Translations under genes and position numbers: made by a program
Part shown: positions 10,443-19,496 of the stretch, piece by piece
Layout of the letters: every line of letters begins with the position of its first letter
Numbering within the stretch: position 1 is the first letter of the stretch
Notes under the pieces: generated by a model
Databases searched by the model: none
The model's input: the letters and a program-made list of their open reading frames with translations, nothing else
Told to the model about the DNA's origin: nothing
Assembly (NCBI GenBank): GCA_964640995.1
Contig: CAZXJJ010000003.1
Location: 75,272-139,271 of the forward strand
From: an uncultured Caldisericota bacterium
GTDB lineage: Bacteria > Caldisericota > Caldisericia > B22-G15
Direction of reading: 5' to 3'
Length of the DNA: 64,000 nt

Positions 10443-11444
10443 TTATCTTTCCTCCTCTTCTGGAACAAGAATCTTAAGTTCCCTTTTTCCCATAAGACCT
10501 TCAGTTCTAAATAGCATAATTAAAATTAAAAGTAAAGCGTAGATAACCATTCTCCATTCAATTCCAATTGAAATTGTTGGTGTCATATCATCAAGTGTTC
10601 TTAAAACAAGTCTCAAACCTTCTGACATGAAAGTTAATCCGAATGCTGCAATAATTGAACCTGAAATACTTCCCATTCCCCCAGCATAAACCATTACAAG
10701 AACTAAAACTGTTCCTAAAAATCCATATTGTGTAGGGTGTGCAATTTGAAGAAGGTGACACAATAGTGAACCAGCAATGCCTGCAAAAAATGAAGCAACT
10801 GTAAAAATCATCACTTTATATTTTGTTGTATTTACTCCAACAAGTTCTGATGCAATAGGATCTTCTCTAATTGATTTGAATGCTCTACCATGAGTTGAAT
10901 AAACAATATTTCTCATTATGATAACTGAAATTAAAGTAATAACAAAAATAATTGAGAAGTTTGAAAATTTTGGAATTCCAAGAAGACCTCTAGGTCCTCC
11001 AACATAATCAATATTATTAATTATTGTTCTAATTATTTCACCAAATCCAAGAGTAACAATTGCAAGATAATCTCCTCTTAATCTTAAAGTTGGAAGACCA
11101 ATAAGATAGCCTATTCCCATTGCACAAATTCCACCAATTATCATAGCAATAATAAAAAGAAAATAACTTTGTAAATTAACTGGTTTTATTTTCCAAATAA
11201 GGGTTGTTAAAATTCCTGAAATATATGCACCAACAGCTGCAAAACCCATATGCCCTATTGAAAATTGACCTGTAAATCCATTAATTAAGTTTAAACTAAC
11301 AGTTAAAATAACATAAATAAGGGAAACATTTATTATATGAAGAATATAATCATTTATCAAAATTCCAAATCTATGTGTCAAAAATACAAATAGATAAAAA
11401 ATTAAAGCATAAAAAATCAATTGAATATTCCTTGATAATTTCAT
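10443..11444 (-). CDS. livM: Branched-chain amino acid ABC transporter permease
   Basis: LNLINGFTGQFSIGH, LRLRGDYLAIVTLGFGEI motifs. Confidence 0.95.
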   Translation of the reverse strand: MKLSRNIQLIFYALIFYLFVFLTHRFGILINDYILHIINVSLIYVILTVSLNLINGFTGQFSIGHMGFAAVGAYISGILTTLIWKIKPVNLQSYFLFIIAMIIGGICAMGIGYLIGLPTLRLRGDYLAIVTLGFGEIIRTIINNIDYVGGPRGLLGIPKFSNFSIIFVITLISVIIMRNIVYSTHGRAFKSIREDPIASELVGVNTTKYKVMIFTVASFFAGIAGSLLCHLLQIAHPTQYGFLGTVLVLVMVYAGGMGSISGSIIAAFGLTFMSEGLRLVLRTLDDMTPTISIGIEWRMVIYALLLILIMLFRTEGLMGKRELKILVPEEEER

Positions 11445-11454
11445 CTACACCCTC

Positions 11455-12363
11455 CTAAATTTTTTCTGCAACTGTTTCACCGAGAAGTCCTTGAGGTCTA
11501 AAGATTAAAACAATTATTAAGATGGCAAAAGCAATACCTTCTCCAAGAAGAGAGTTATAAGATGTTGCAAAGGTTTCAGATATTCCCATTATATAACTTC
11601 CGAGCATCGCACCAGGAATGTTTCCAATTCCACCCAAAACTGCAGCAATAAATGCTTTAAGTCCTGGAAGAATTCCCATATATGGAAATATTCTTGGGTA
11701 TGAAATTCCAGTTAATATTCCTGCAGCACCAGCAAAAGCACCTCCTACAACAAAGGTCATCATTATTATTTTTTCAATGTCGATTCCCATTAATTTTGCA
11801 GCATCTTTATCTTGAGATACTGCTCTCATCGCTTTTCCAATTTTTGTGAATTTAACAAGATAGGTTAAAAATATCATAAGACCTATACTAACAAGAACAT
11901 CAATGATTGCATAATTTGAAACTGTTGTTGTTCCTAACTCATAAATTCTATTTTTAATAAGTTGGTCATTTGGAAACGCTCTATATGATGGTCCAATAAA
12001 TGGAAGTGCAGAAAAAAGATATTCTATAAACATAGAAACTCCAATTGCAGTAATTAAAGCCGATAGTCTCGGTTTATATCTTAATGGTTTATATGCAACC
12101 TGATTTGCAAGTGCTGCTACTCCAGCACCTGCTGTCATACTTATAATAAAGACGACAATAAAAGGAATGTTTAGACCCCTTGCAGTTGATAGAACCACAG
12201 TAAAGTAGGCAGCAAAGGCTCCGATCATGAAGTAATCACCATGAGCAAAATTAATTAATCTTACAATTCCATAAACCATTGTATATCCAAGAGAAATTAA
12301 AGCATAAATACTGCCAAGTTGAATGCCATTTATTAATTGTTGTAAATTAAAAATTTTTTCCAT
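11455..12363 (-). CDS. livH: Branched-chain amino acid ABC transporter permease
   Basis: YALISLGYTMVYGIVRLINFAHG, GKAMRAVSQD, AAVLGGIG motifs. Confidence 0.95.
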   Translation of the reverse strand: MEKIFNLQQLINGIQLGSIYALISLGYTMVYGIVRLINFAHGDYFMIGAFAAYFTVVLSTARGLNIPFIVVFIISMTAGAGVAALANQVAYKPLRYKPRLSALITAIGVSMFIEYLFSALPFIGPSYRAFPNDQLIKNRIYELGTTTVSNYAIIDVLVSIGLMIFLTYLVKFTKIGKAMRAVSQDKDAAKLMGIDIEKIIMMTFVVGGAFAGAAGILTGISYPRIFPYMGILPGLKAFIAAVLGGIGNIPGAMLGSYIMGISETFATSYNSLLGEGIAFAILIIVLIFRPQGLLGETVAEKI

Positions 12364-12373
12364 AACTCTCCTT

Positions 12374-12404
12374 AAAGAAAAAGGGAGGGAACAAACCCTC
12401 CCTT
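12374..12404 (-). terminator. Intrinsic terminator-like hairpin between livK and livH
   Basis: AAGGGAGGG (12381-12389), 6-nt loop, CCCTCCCTT (12396-12404); followed on the - strand by a U-rich tract. Confidence 0.75.
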
Positions 12405-12421
12405 GTGAAATTTCTTATTTC

Positions 12422-13567
12422 TTATGGATTTACTGTTGTCTTATACACTTGTTGACCATTTTTAATCTCAATAATAACTGCTGATTTTACAGGATTTCTA
12501 AATTGGTCAAATGTAATTAAGCCAGATACACCCTTAAAACTAATATTCTTCATTGCATCTCTAATCTTTGCACCATCTGTTGAACCAGCATTTTGAATTG
12601 CAGTAAGCATAATGTTCATAGCATCATAAGCAAGAGCAGCTAAAGCATCAGGGTCTTTTCCAAATTTTGCTTTATATCTTTTAACAAAATCTTGTACTTC
12701 AGGTCTCTGGTCGTCCTTTGAGAAGTGGTTTGTGAAGAATCCACCTTCAACTGCTTGACCTCCAATTTCAACTAACTTTGGTGAATCCCAACCATCACCA
12801 CCCAAGAAATATCCCTTAAATCCAAGTTCTCTTGCTTGCTTCATTATTAGTCCTGCATCATTATAATAATCAGAAATATAAATTAACTCTGCTCCTGCTT
12901 TGATTAGATTTGTTAATTGTGCTTTGAAATCTGTTGCACCTGTTGGATGTGATTCAAATCCAACAATTTGACCACCGAGTTTTAAGAATTGATCTCTAAA
13001 GAACTCTGCTAAACCTTTTGTATAATCATTTCCAATATCGAAGATACATCCTGCTTTTCTAATACCTAAATCTCTATATGCAAAGTTTGCACCAACTGTT
13101 CCTTGGAATGGATCAATAAAACATGCTCTGAAAATATAATCTCCAACTTCAGTTACTTTTGGGTTTGTTGATGTTGGAGAAATCATTGGAACTCCCTTTG
13201 CTTGACAAATTGGTGCGCCTGCAAGAGAACACTTGCTCATAACTGTTCCAACAATTCCAACAACTTTATCTTGTTCAATTAATTTTGTGAAGACAGTTGC
13301 TGCCTCTGTTGGATCACCTTTGTCATCTTCAAAGACAAGTTTAATTTTTTTACCCAAAACTCCGCCTTTTGCATTCCACTCTTCAACTGCTAATTCTGAA
13401 CCTTCTCTTGTTGAAAGACCAAATGTCGCTGCCTCACCAGAAATTGGTCCAACTCCACCGATTTTAATCTCTTCTTGAACCTGTTGTTTAGGTTTGCAAG
13501 CAGAATTTAGGCCTGCAAGCCCAAATAACAAAACTAAAACAACCAAAATTAAAGTTAACCTCCTCAT
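12422..13567 (-). CDS. livK: Branched-chain amino acid ABC transporter substrate-binding lipoprotein
   Basis: Signal peptide with lipobox-like LNSAC; EDDKGDP, ISPTSTNPKVT, FRACFIDPFQG, GGDGWDS motifs. Confidence 0.92.
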   Translation of the reverse strand: MRRLTLILVVLVLLFGLAGLNSACKPKQQVQEEIKIGGVGPISGEAATFGLSTREGSELAVEEWNAKGGVLGKKIKLVFEDDKGDPTEAATVFTKLIEQDKVVGIVGTVMSKCSLAGAPICQAKGVPMISPTSTNPKVTEVGDYIFRACFIDPFQGTVGANFAYRDLGIRKAGCIFDIGNDYTKGLAEFFRDQFLKLGGQIVGFESHPTGATDFKAQLTNLIKAGAELIYISDYYNDAGLIMKQARELGFKGYFLGGDGWDSPKLVEIGGQAVEGGFFTNHFSKDDQRPEVQDFVKRYKAKFGKDPDALAALAYDAMNIMLTAIQNAGSTDGAKIRDAMKNISFKGVSGLITFDQFRNPVKSAVIIEIKNGQQVYKTTVNP

Positions 13568-13599
13568 GGTGACCTCCTTACTTGGGTATTAAATTAATT

Positions 13600-13627
13600 A
13601 TATTAACACATTAAAATTTTTTGTCAA
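13600..13627 (-). promoter_or_regulatory. Probable sigma70 promoter of the liv operon
   Basis: TTGACA on the - strand (13622-13627); TAATAT at 16-nt spacing (13600-13605); a perfect TATAAT also lies at 13597-13602. Confidence 0.5.
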
Positions 13628-13717
13628 ATGAAATAAAAAAATAAAAATATAATAATTACCTCAATGGTTATTTTTTTAAATAAAAATATTAATTTTGAAA
13701 ATTTATTTACATAAAAA

Positions 13718-14854
13718 TTAATATTCTTCTTTACCTCTTTGGGCTACTTTTGATTCTTCTCCTTTAAAATCTTTATATTTTAAGTACCAATTTTCTCCTT
13801 CATCTTCAATTTTTATATTTGCAAAACTCTGAAAATATGGATGTTCAAAGAAAGGAACTGCTTTAACTGATGCATCAACAAGTTTATAATATCTTTCAAC
13901 ACCAGTTGTTTTAAGCCACAAACTCATACTTGAAGCATCAGGGAAAAATTTTGTGAATTCTTTCCAAACTGCTCTTCCTGCAAGAAATCCATTTGCGCGT
14001 GACTCACTTGCAATTTCAACATTAATTAGAAATTCTTCAATATCAACTCCAGCAGATAAAATAACCCAAGGAATTCTTGAAGTTTCTGTAATTGATTCAC
14101 AAAATTCATAAGCATCATCTAATGTAAAAACAGCATCTCTTTCTTTTCCATCAAATGCGCCCCAGGAAAAATCATCAACAAATTTTAAATCAACTGGAAA
14201 TTCAAGTTTTAAAATATCGACACCATATTCCTCTTTTGAAAACTCTTCGACTGTTTTTAAAACTATTTCTGGCTTTTTTCTTATAAAGTTTGTCTCATTT
14301 TCAACTTCATCATCTTTTAATGGATAACTCATCGGTTCAAGTACAAATGGAAAATCTAATCTTTTTGCCTCACTTCCTACCATTCTTACAATATTTTCTT
14401 GATGTTCTTTGATTTCAGGAGAGGAGTCTGGTCTGTAATATAAAAGAAGTTTAACAGCATCTGCTCCTGCTCTTTTAATTTTTTCAACACTCCAACCCTC
14501 AAGAATAGGAGTTAATTTTTCTCTATTTTTATAACCGCCATCTTTTGTTCCACTCTCTTCGATTGCAAGTAGAAGAGCTGAATCTCTATCAAGAAATCTA
14601 ATTCCTTCTGGAAGTCCATATTGAGGATCAGTTAAAGTTGCAGAAAAGAGTGGAGAGAGATATTCAATAACTAATTTTTTTGCGAGAGCCATATCTTCAT
14701 ACTTTATCTCTTTTGAATCTTTATTAATTGTCTTTGATAACATTTTTCTTAAAGAACCTCTCTGGTCTATTGCAAGCATCCTAAATCTTCCAGTGTCATC
14801 TGCCAGTCTTTTTAAACCTTTAAATTTACCTGGAGTTAATAATCTTTTTTCCAT
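13718..14854 (-). CDS. lacD: Tagatose-1,6-bisphosphate aldolase (LacD/class I aldolase family)
   Basis: MLAIDQRGSL, GADAVKLLLYYRPD, GVDILKLEFPV, PWVILSAGV and GFLAGRAVW motifs; the true substrate could be another ketose phosphate. Confidence 0.85.
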   Translation of the reverse strand: MEKRLLTPGKFKGLKRLADDTGRFRMLAIDQRGSLRKMLSKTINKDSKEIKYEDMALAKKLVIEYLSPLFSATLTDPQYGLPEGIRFLDRDSALLLAIEESGTKDGGYKNREKLTPILEGWSVEKIKRAGADAVKLLLYYRPDSSPEIKEHQENIVRMVGSEAKRLDFPFVLEPMSYPLKDDEVENETNFIRKKPEIVLKTVEEFSKEEYGVDILKLEFPVDLKFVDDFSWGAFDGKERDAVFTLDDAYEFCESITETSRIPWVILSAGVDIEEFLINVEIASESRANGFLAGRAVWKEFTKFFPDASSMSLWLKTTGVERYYKLVDASVKAVPFFEHPYFQSFANIKIEDEGENWYLKYKDFKGEESKVAQRGKEEY

Positions 14855-14877
14855 GAGTTTATCCTCCTTTTAATTTA

Positions 14878-15477
14878 TTATATCTTAAAAGAACTCATAT
14901 TTTCTCTTCCAAGTTCAAAAGAAATTTTGTTTAATTCTAAACTTTTCCCTTTAAAATTATTTTCTAAAACCTTATAAAAATTTTCCAAATTGAAATTTAG
15001 AGGGTTTAAATAAGAAAAAACACCAAACATGAAAGAGTTTAATGTATAAGCAATATTTTTTTCTTCTAAAATTTCAGTTCCATTTAAAATGAAAACTTTT
15101 TCTGCAATCTCTTTTAAAGATTCATAAATTTTTTCTCTATCTGGATATGATGAAATTCCTAAAGATACAGTAAAAGGTATAATCTCATAATCATTAATTA
15201 AAATAATTGAATTCTTTTTAATTTTATGAAGATATCTTAAAACTTCTGAAGGCTCTAATGAAATTAAAAGGTCTCCTTCTCCGTCTTCAAAAATTGGACT
15301 CAAAACATTCCCAATTCTTACTTCAGAAAAAACTGAACCACCTCTTTGAGCCATACCATGAATTTCACTCATTAATGCATTTTTATTTTCAAGAAGTGCT
15401 ACCTCACAAATCATTTCAGCAAGTTTTAAAACTCCTTGCCCACCTACTCCAACAATTAAAATATTATATTCATTCAT
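14878..15477 (-). CDS. iorB: Indolepyruvate:ferredoxin oxidoreductase beta subunit
   Basis: GVGGQGVL, SEIHGMAQRGGSVFSEVRIG; adjacent to iorA. Confidence 0.93.
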   Translation of the reverse strand: MNEYNILIVGVGGQGVLKLAEMICEVALLENKNALMSEIHGMAQRGGSVFSEVRIGNVLSPIFEDGEGDLLISLEPSEVLRYLHKIKKNSIILINDYEIIPFTVSLGISSYPDREKIYESLKEIAEKVFILNGTEILEEKNIAYTLNSFMFGVFSYLNPLNFNLENFYKVLENNFKGKSLELNKISFELGRENMSSFKI

Positions 15478-17336
15478 TTTTTCACCTCTATTGCTTCAAA
15501 TGGACAAACTTCACTACAAACACCGCATCCATCACACAAAACTTCATTAATTTTAATTTTTTTATCTTCATCGACATAAATTGCAGGACAGGAAAATTGT
15601 CTTACACAGATTAAACACTTCTTGCATTTTTCTTCATTAACAAAATATTTAACTAAAATTCCTTCTTTTCTCATTCTGTCATCTCTAATCAATGCACACT
15701 CTCTTCTTGCGATTATAACTTTAACTCCATCCTCCTTTAATGCTTCTTCAATAACTTCCATTGTTTGAGGTAAATTATATGGATCAACAACTTTTACAAA
15801 TTTAATTCCAATTCCTTTTACTAAATCTTCTATTTTAACTTTCTGTGAAACTTCACCCATTCCATCAACTCCCATTCCAGGATTTGGCTGATGGCCTGTC
15901 ATTGCAGTAGTTTCATTATCAAGAATAATAAGAAGAAAGTTATCTTTGTTATAGAAACCATTTATTAATGGTGGAATTCCTGCATGGAAAAAGGTTGAAT
16001 CACCAATAAATGCAATCACTTTTTGTTCTGTTGATTTTGATAAGCCACAAGCAACACCAACAGAACTTCCCATAGAATAACATGTATCAGCCATATCAAA
16101 TGGTTTTCCAATTCCAAGAGTATAACACCCTATATCAGAAGGAAATATTGCATCTTTAATTTTTAATTTTCTTAATACTTTAAAGAGAGCATAATATGTT
16201 GCTCTATGAGGACAACCTGGACACAAAATAGGAGGTCTTAGTGGAGGATTTATATTTTCTATTTTAAAAATTTTTCTCTCACTCTCTTTACCTAAAAAAT
16301 TAAATAAAAAATTTTTTACTCTATCTGGTGTATATTCATAAAGATTTGTAAAAAATTTATCATCTTTACCAAAAATTTTTGTATTAAGACCCATTTTTTC
16401 TTTTAAAATTCTAACTTCATTTTCTAAAACTGGTTCAAGTTCTTCAACTACAATAATACCTTCATAATTTTCTATAAATTCTTTAACTTTCTTCTCCGGA
16501 AAAGGGTTTGAAAATCCAATAGATAAGATATCGAATGGAAGATTATATTTTTTAACTATATCAATAACATGATTTGAAGAGATGCCTGAAGTAACTATTC
16601 CATAATTTCCATTATTTTTAAATATTAAGTTGAAGGGTGAATTTTCTACTTCATCTTTAATTTTTTGGATTTTTTCAATTAAATTTTTATGTAAAACTCT
16701 TGCATTTGCTGGTATTGGAACAAATCTTCCAGGGTTTTTATTAAAATAAGTGTTTCTTTGTAACTTTTCGATCTCTCCAAGCTCAACAATGCCTCTCATG
16801 TGTGATAATCTTGTAGTTGATCTTATAAAAACAGGTATTTCGTATTTTTCTGATATTAAAAAACCATATTTCACCATAACTCTTCCCTCATCTGGATTTC
16901 TCGGTTCAAGAATTGGTAATCCTGCAAATTTTCCAAGAATTCTATTATCCTGTTCATTTTGAGATGAAAACATACTTGGGTCATCACATGAAATAATTAC
17001 AAAACCACCTATTGTTCCAAGATAACCTGAACTCATGAAAGAATCCATAGCAACATTAAGGCCTACATGTTTAAAGAAAGTCATACTTCTTAAACCAGAT
17101 AGAGCAGATGATGCAGCAACCTCAAAGGCAACTTTTTCATTTACAGAAAATTCAAAATAAATTCCAGCATCTTTTGCAATTTTACTAAGAACATTACCTA
17201 TCTCAGATGAAGGTGTTCCAGGATATGTTGCTGCGAGTTTCCCACCTCCTTCAATAAAACCTCTTGCAAATGCTTCATTACCAAGAAGAAAGACCTTCTT
17301 ACCCACTTCACTTGAAATAATTTCATTTAATTTCAT
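15474..17336 (-). CDS. iorA: Indolepyruvate:ferredoxin oxidoreductase alpha subunit
   Basis: LLGNEAFARG, YPGTPSSEI, SVNEKVAFE, KHVGLNVA, LCPGCPHR, GDSTFFHAG; two C-terminal 4Fe-4S motifs. Confidence 0.96.
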   Translation of the reverse strand: MKLNEIISSEVGKKVFLLGNEAFARGFIEGGGKLAATYPGTPSSEIGNVLSKIAKDAGIYFEFSVNEKVAFEVAASSALSGLRSMTFFKHVGLNVAMDSFMSSGYLGTIGGFVIISCDDPSMFSSQNEQDNRILGKFAGLPILEPRNPDEGRVMVKYGFLISEKYEIPVFIRSTTRLSHMRGIVELGEIEKLQRNTYFNKNPGRFVPIPANARVLHKNLIEKIQKIKDEVENSPFNLIFKNNGNYGIVTSGISSNHVIDIVKKYNLPFDILSIGFSNPFPEKKVKEFIENYEGIIVVEELEPVLENEVRILKEKMGLNTKIFGKDDKFFTNLYEYTPDRVKNFLFNFLGKESERKIFKIENINPPLRPPILCPGCPHRATYYALFKVLRKLKIKDAIFPSDIGCYTLGIGKPFDMADTCYSMGSSVGVACGLSKSTEQKVIAFIGDSTFFHAGIPPLINGFYNKDNFLLIILDNETTAMTGHQPNPGMGVDGMGEVSQKVKIEDLVKGIGIKFVKVVDPYNLPQTMEVIEEALKEDGVKVIIARRECALIRDDRMRKEGILVKYFVNEEKCKKCLICVRQFSCPAIYVDEDKKIKINEVLCDGCGVCSEVCPFEAIEVKK

Positions 17337-17344
17337 ATATCCTC

Positions 17345-18580
17345 CTATGGAATAAAATGCAATGGAATATTAAAAATTTTTCCATTTAAATCTTGAACTA
17401 ATAAATTTTTATAATCAATAATTTTTTTTCCATAAACTCTCTTTTCTTCTCCATTCGAATTAATAATAAATGGCTCTTCAAAAATTTTAAAATTTCTTTC
17501 TAAATCAGAAATTATATGATCTAAATTTTCATTTTCATAATATATTAAATTTCTCTTTAACTCACTTAAAAAAAGTGATAAAATCTCATCAAGAAACAAA
17601 AATTTTTCAGTTTCAATATATAGTGATGTAGTTTTATTTATCAATTCATCTGGAAAATCGCTCTTACTTTGATTTACATTTAATCCAACACCAATAATTT
17701 CGCCAGCGAGTTTTTCTTCTTTGAAATATCCCTCTGAAATAACCCCACAAATTTTTTTGTTATTTAAATATAAATCATTTGGAATTTTTATCTTTAAATC
17801 TAATAAACCTAATTTTTTTAAAACATTTGCCATTGAATAGGTGACAAGAATCGGTAAAAAATAAATATAATTAAATGGTTTTAATGAAAAAGAAAAATAT
17901 AATCCACCTTTTTCTGAAAACCAGTATGAACCTTTTCTTCCCCTTCCTTTTGTTTGAATTTTAGAGAGCACAAGTTTATTTAAAGAAAAGTTCTCTTTTA
18001 AATAATCTTGAGTTGATGAAATTTCATCAAATATTTCTATTTCATAATCTTTTTCATTGATAATATTTATGTTTAAATCGCTATAAATCTCTCTTAAAAA
18101 ATTTTCACTATCAATTTTTTTGACACTTCTTTTATCAACATTATAGTAAATATCTTCTATTTTTCTTTTACTTTTTGGATTTATTATGTATTTATTTATT
18201 TCAAACAAAGGAACTACAACAAAACCTCTCTCTTCAAAAAACTTATGTGGTACTATTAAATTTTCTTTTTCAATTATTTTATCTCCATATAAAATTATAT
18301 CTATATCAATCTCTCTTGGACCCCACTTGAAACTTTCTCCTCTTCCAACCTTTTTCTCAACATGTTTTATAAATTTAATCAGATCATCTGGATCCTCTTC
18401 ACTTTCTCCTTGAATAACGATGTTTAAAAAATTATCCTGATCTTTGTATCCCCATGGTTCTGTTTCATAAAGAGAGGAAATTTTATTGATTTTTATTTTT
18501 TCTCTTAAATAAAAAATAGCCTTCTTTAAAAAATCCTCTCTTGGTTCAATATTACTTCCAAAGGATAAAAATAATTCCAT
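17345..18580 (-). CDS. Fusion of FolK (HPPK) and biotin-protein ligase (BirA catalytic domain, no HTH)
   Basis: About residues 1-160: SFGSNI, SSLYETEPWG, WGPREIDIDI, VPH (FolK). C-half: SSTQD, QTKGRGRKG, PNDLY..KKICGV, GVGLNV (BPL). One continuous ORF. Confidence 0.9.
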   Translation of the reverse strand: MELFLSFGSNIEPREDFLKKAIFYLREKIKINKISSLYETEPWGYKDQDNFLNIVIQGESEEDPDDLIKFIKHVEKKVGRGESFKWGPREIDIDIILYGDKIIEKENLIVPHKFFEERGFVVVPLFEINKYIINPKSKRKIEDIYYNVDKRSVKKIDSENFLREIYSDLNINIINEKDYEIEIFDEISSTQDYLKENFSLNKLVLSKIQTKGRGRKGSYWFSEKGGLYFSFSLKPFNYIYFLPILVTYSMANVLKKLGLLDLKIKIPNDLYLNNKKICGVISEGYFKEEKLAGEIIGVGLNVNQSKSDFPDELINKTTSLYIETEKFLFLDEILSLFLSELKRNLIYYENENLDHIISDLERNFKIFEEPFIINSNGEEKRVYGKKIIDYKNLLVQDLNGKIFNIPLHFIP

Positions 18581-19492
18581 TTAAATTTCTCTTAAGACAA
18601 TCTCTTTTTCAACTTCAACTATGTTTTTAGGTTTTTCGATTTTATCAATAGTGCTTTTTGTAGAAATATAGAAAGCATATTTTAAACTATCAAAGAAATT
18701 TATTCCTTCATCAAGGTAATATGACAATGAAGCAATAAAAGTATCTTTAATTACTTCATATGGAACATCTTTTAATAAATCTTTTGAAAGAAGATTGAAA
18801 AATTTATCTTCATAATTAAAAATTATGTTTCCCTTATCAACAGTAATTATAAAATATTCTGGTTTTGAATCATTATAACTCTTAAATCTTTTGATAAGAG
18901 AGACAAGATTTGAACCAGAGAGAAAATCAAAATCTTCTTTATCAATTCTTGCAATGTACGGTTCTGCTCTTAAGCCTTCTCTAAGCATTTCTCCTTTTGC
19001 ATCAAAAATTACCAATTTATCTTTATCTTTAGAAATTTGGATCAAATGTTTAAAAATATCTTTGCATATTCCATTAGGGGCTCCATCGGTAAGCAAAATT
19101 ATGTCAAAATTTTTAACTTTTTCTCTAAATTTATCTTCAAAATTTTTTATATCAACGGGTGCAATTACAGGATCTTTTTCATAAAAATCTGTTTCAACTC
19201 CTCTTTCATCAAAAATTTCAAGATGAACTGGATTTTCTTCATCTGAAAATATAAAATCGAAATCAATCTTCTCATTTTCAAGTGAATCTTTTATAAACTC
19301 ACCATTTTTTCCACCAATTATACTTAAAACACTAACATTTCCACCAAGTTTTTTAATGTATCTTGCGGCATTGATTCCTCTTCCCCCTGGTTTTTTACTA
19401 AAAATTTCTAATTGATTTTTTCCTCCTAATTGAAATCTTTTAAGGTTTGCTTTTTCTTCAACAAAAGGATTTAAAATAACAGATAATATCAT
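18581..19492 (-). CDS. 1-phosphofructokinase/LacC-like PfkB family protein with degenerate motifs
   Basis: LNP..GGRGINAAR..IGGKNGEFI N-terminus and IFDAKG are PfkB-like; the C-terminal GAGD signature reads VIKD. Confidence 0.75.
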   Translation of the reverse strand: MILSVILNPFVEEKANLKRFQLGGKNQLEIFSKKPGGRGINAARYIKKLGGNVSVLSIIGGKNGEFIKDSLENEKIDFDFIFSDEENPVHLEIFDERGVETDFYEKDPVIAPVDIKNFEDKFREKVKNFDIILLTDGAPNGICKDIFKHLIQISKDKDKLVIFDAKGEMLREGLRAEPYIARIDKEDFDFLSGSNLVSLIKRFKSYNDSKPEYFIITVDKGNIIFNYEDKFFNLLSKDLLKDVPYEVIKDTFIASLSYYLDEGINFFDSLKYAFYISTKSTIDKIEKPKNIVEVEKEIVLREI

Positions 19493-19496
19493 AGCA

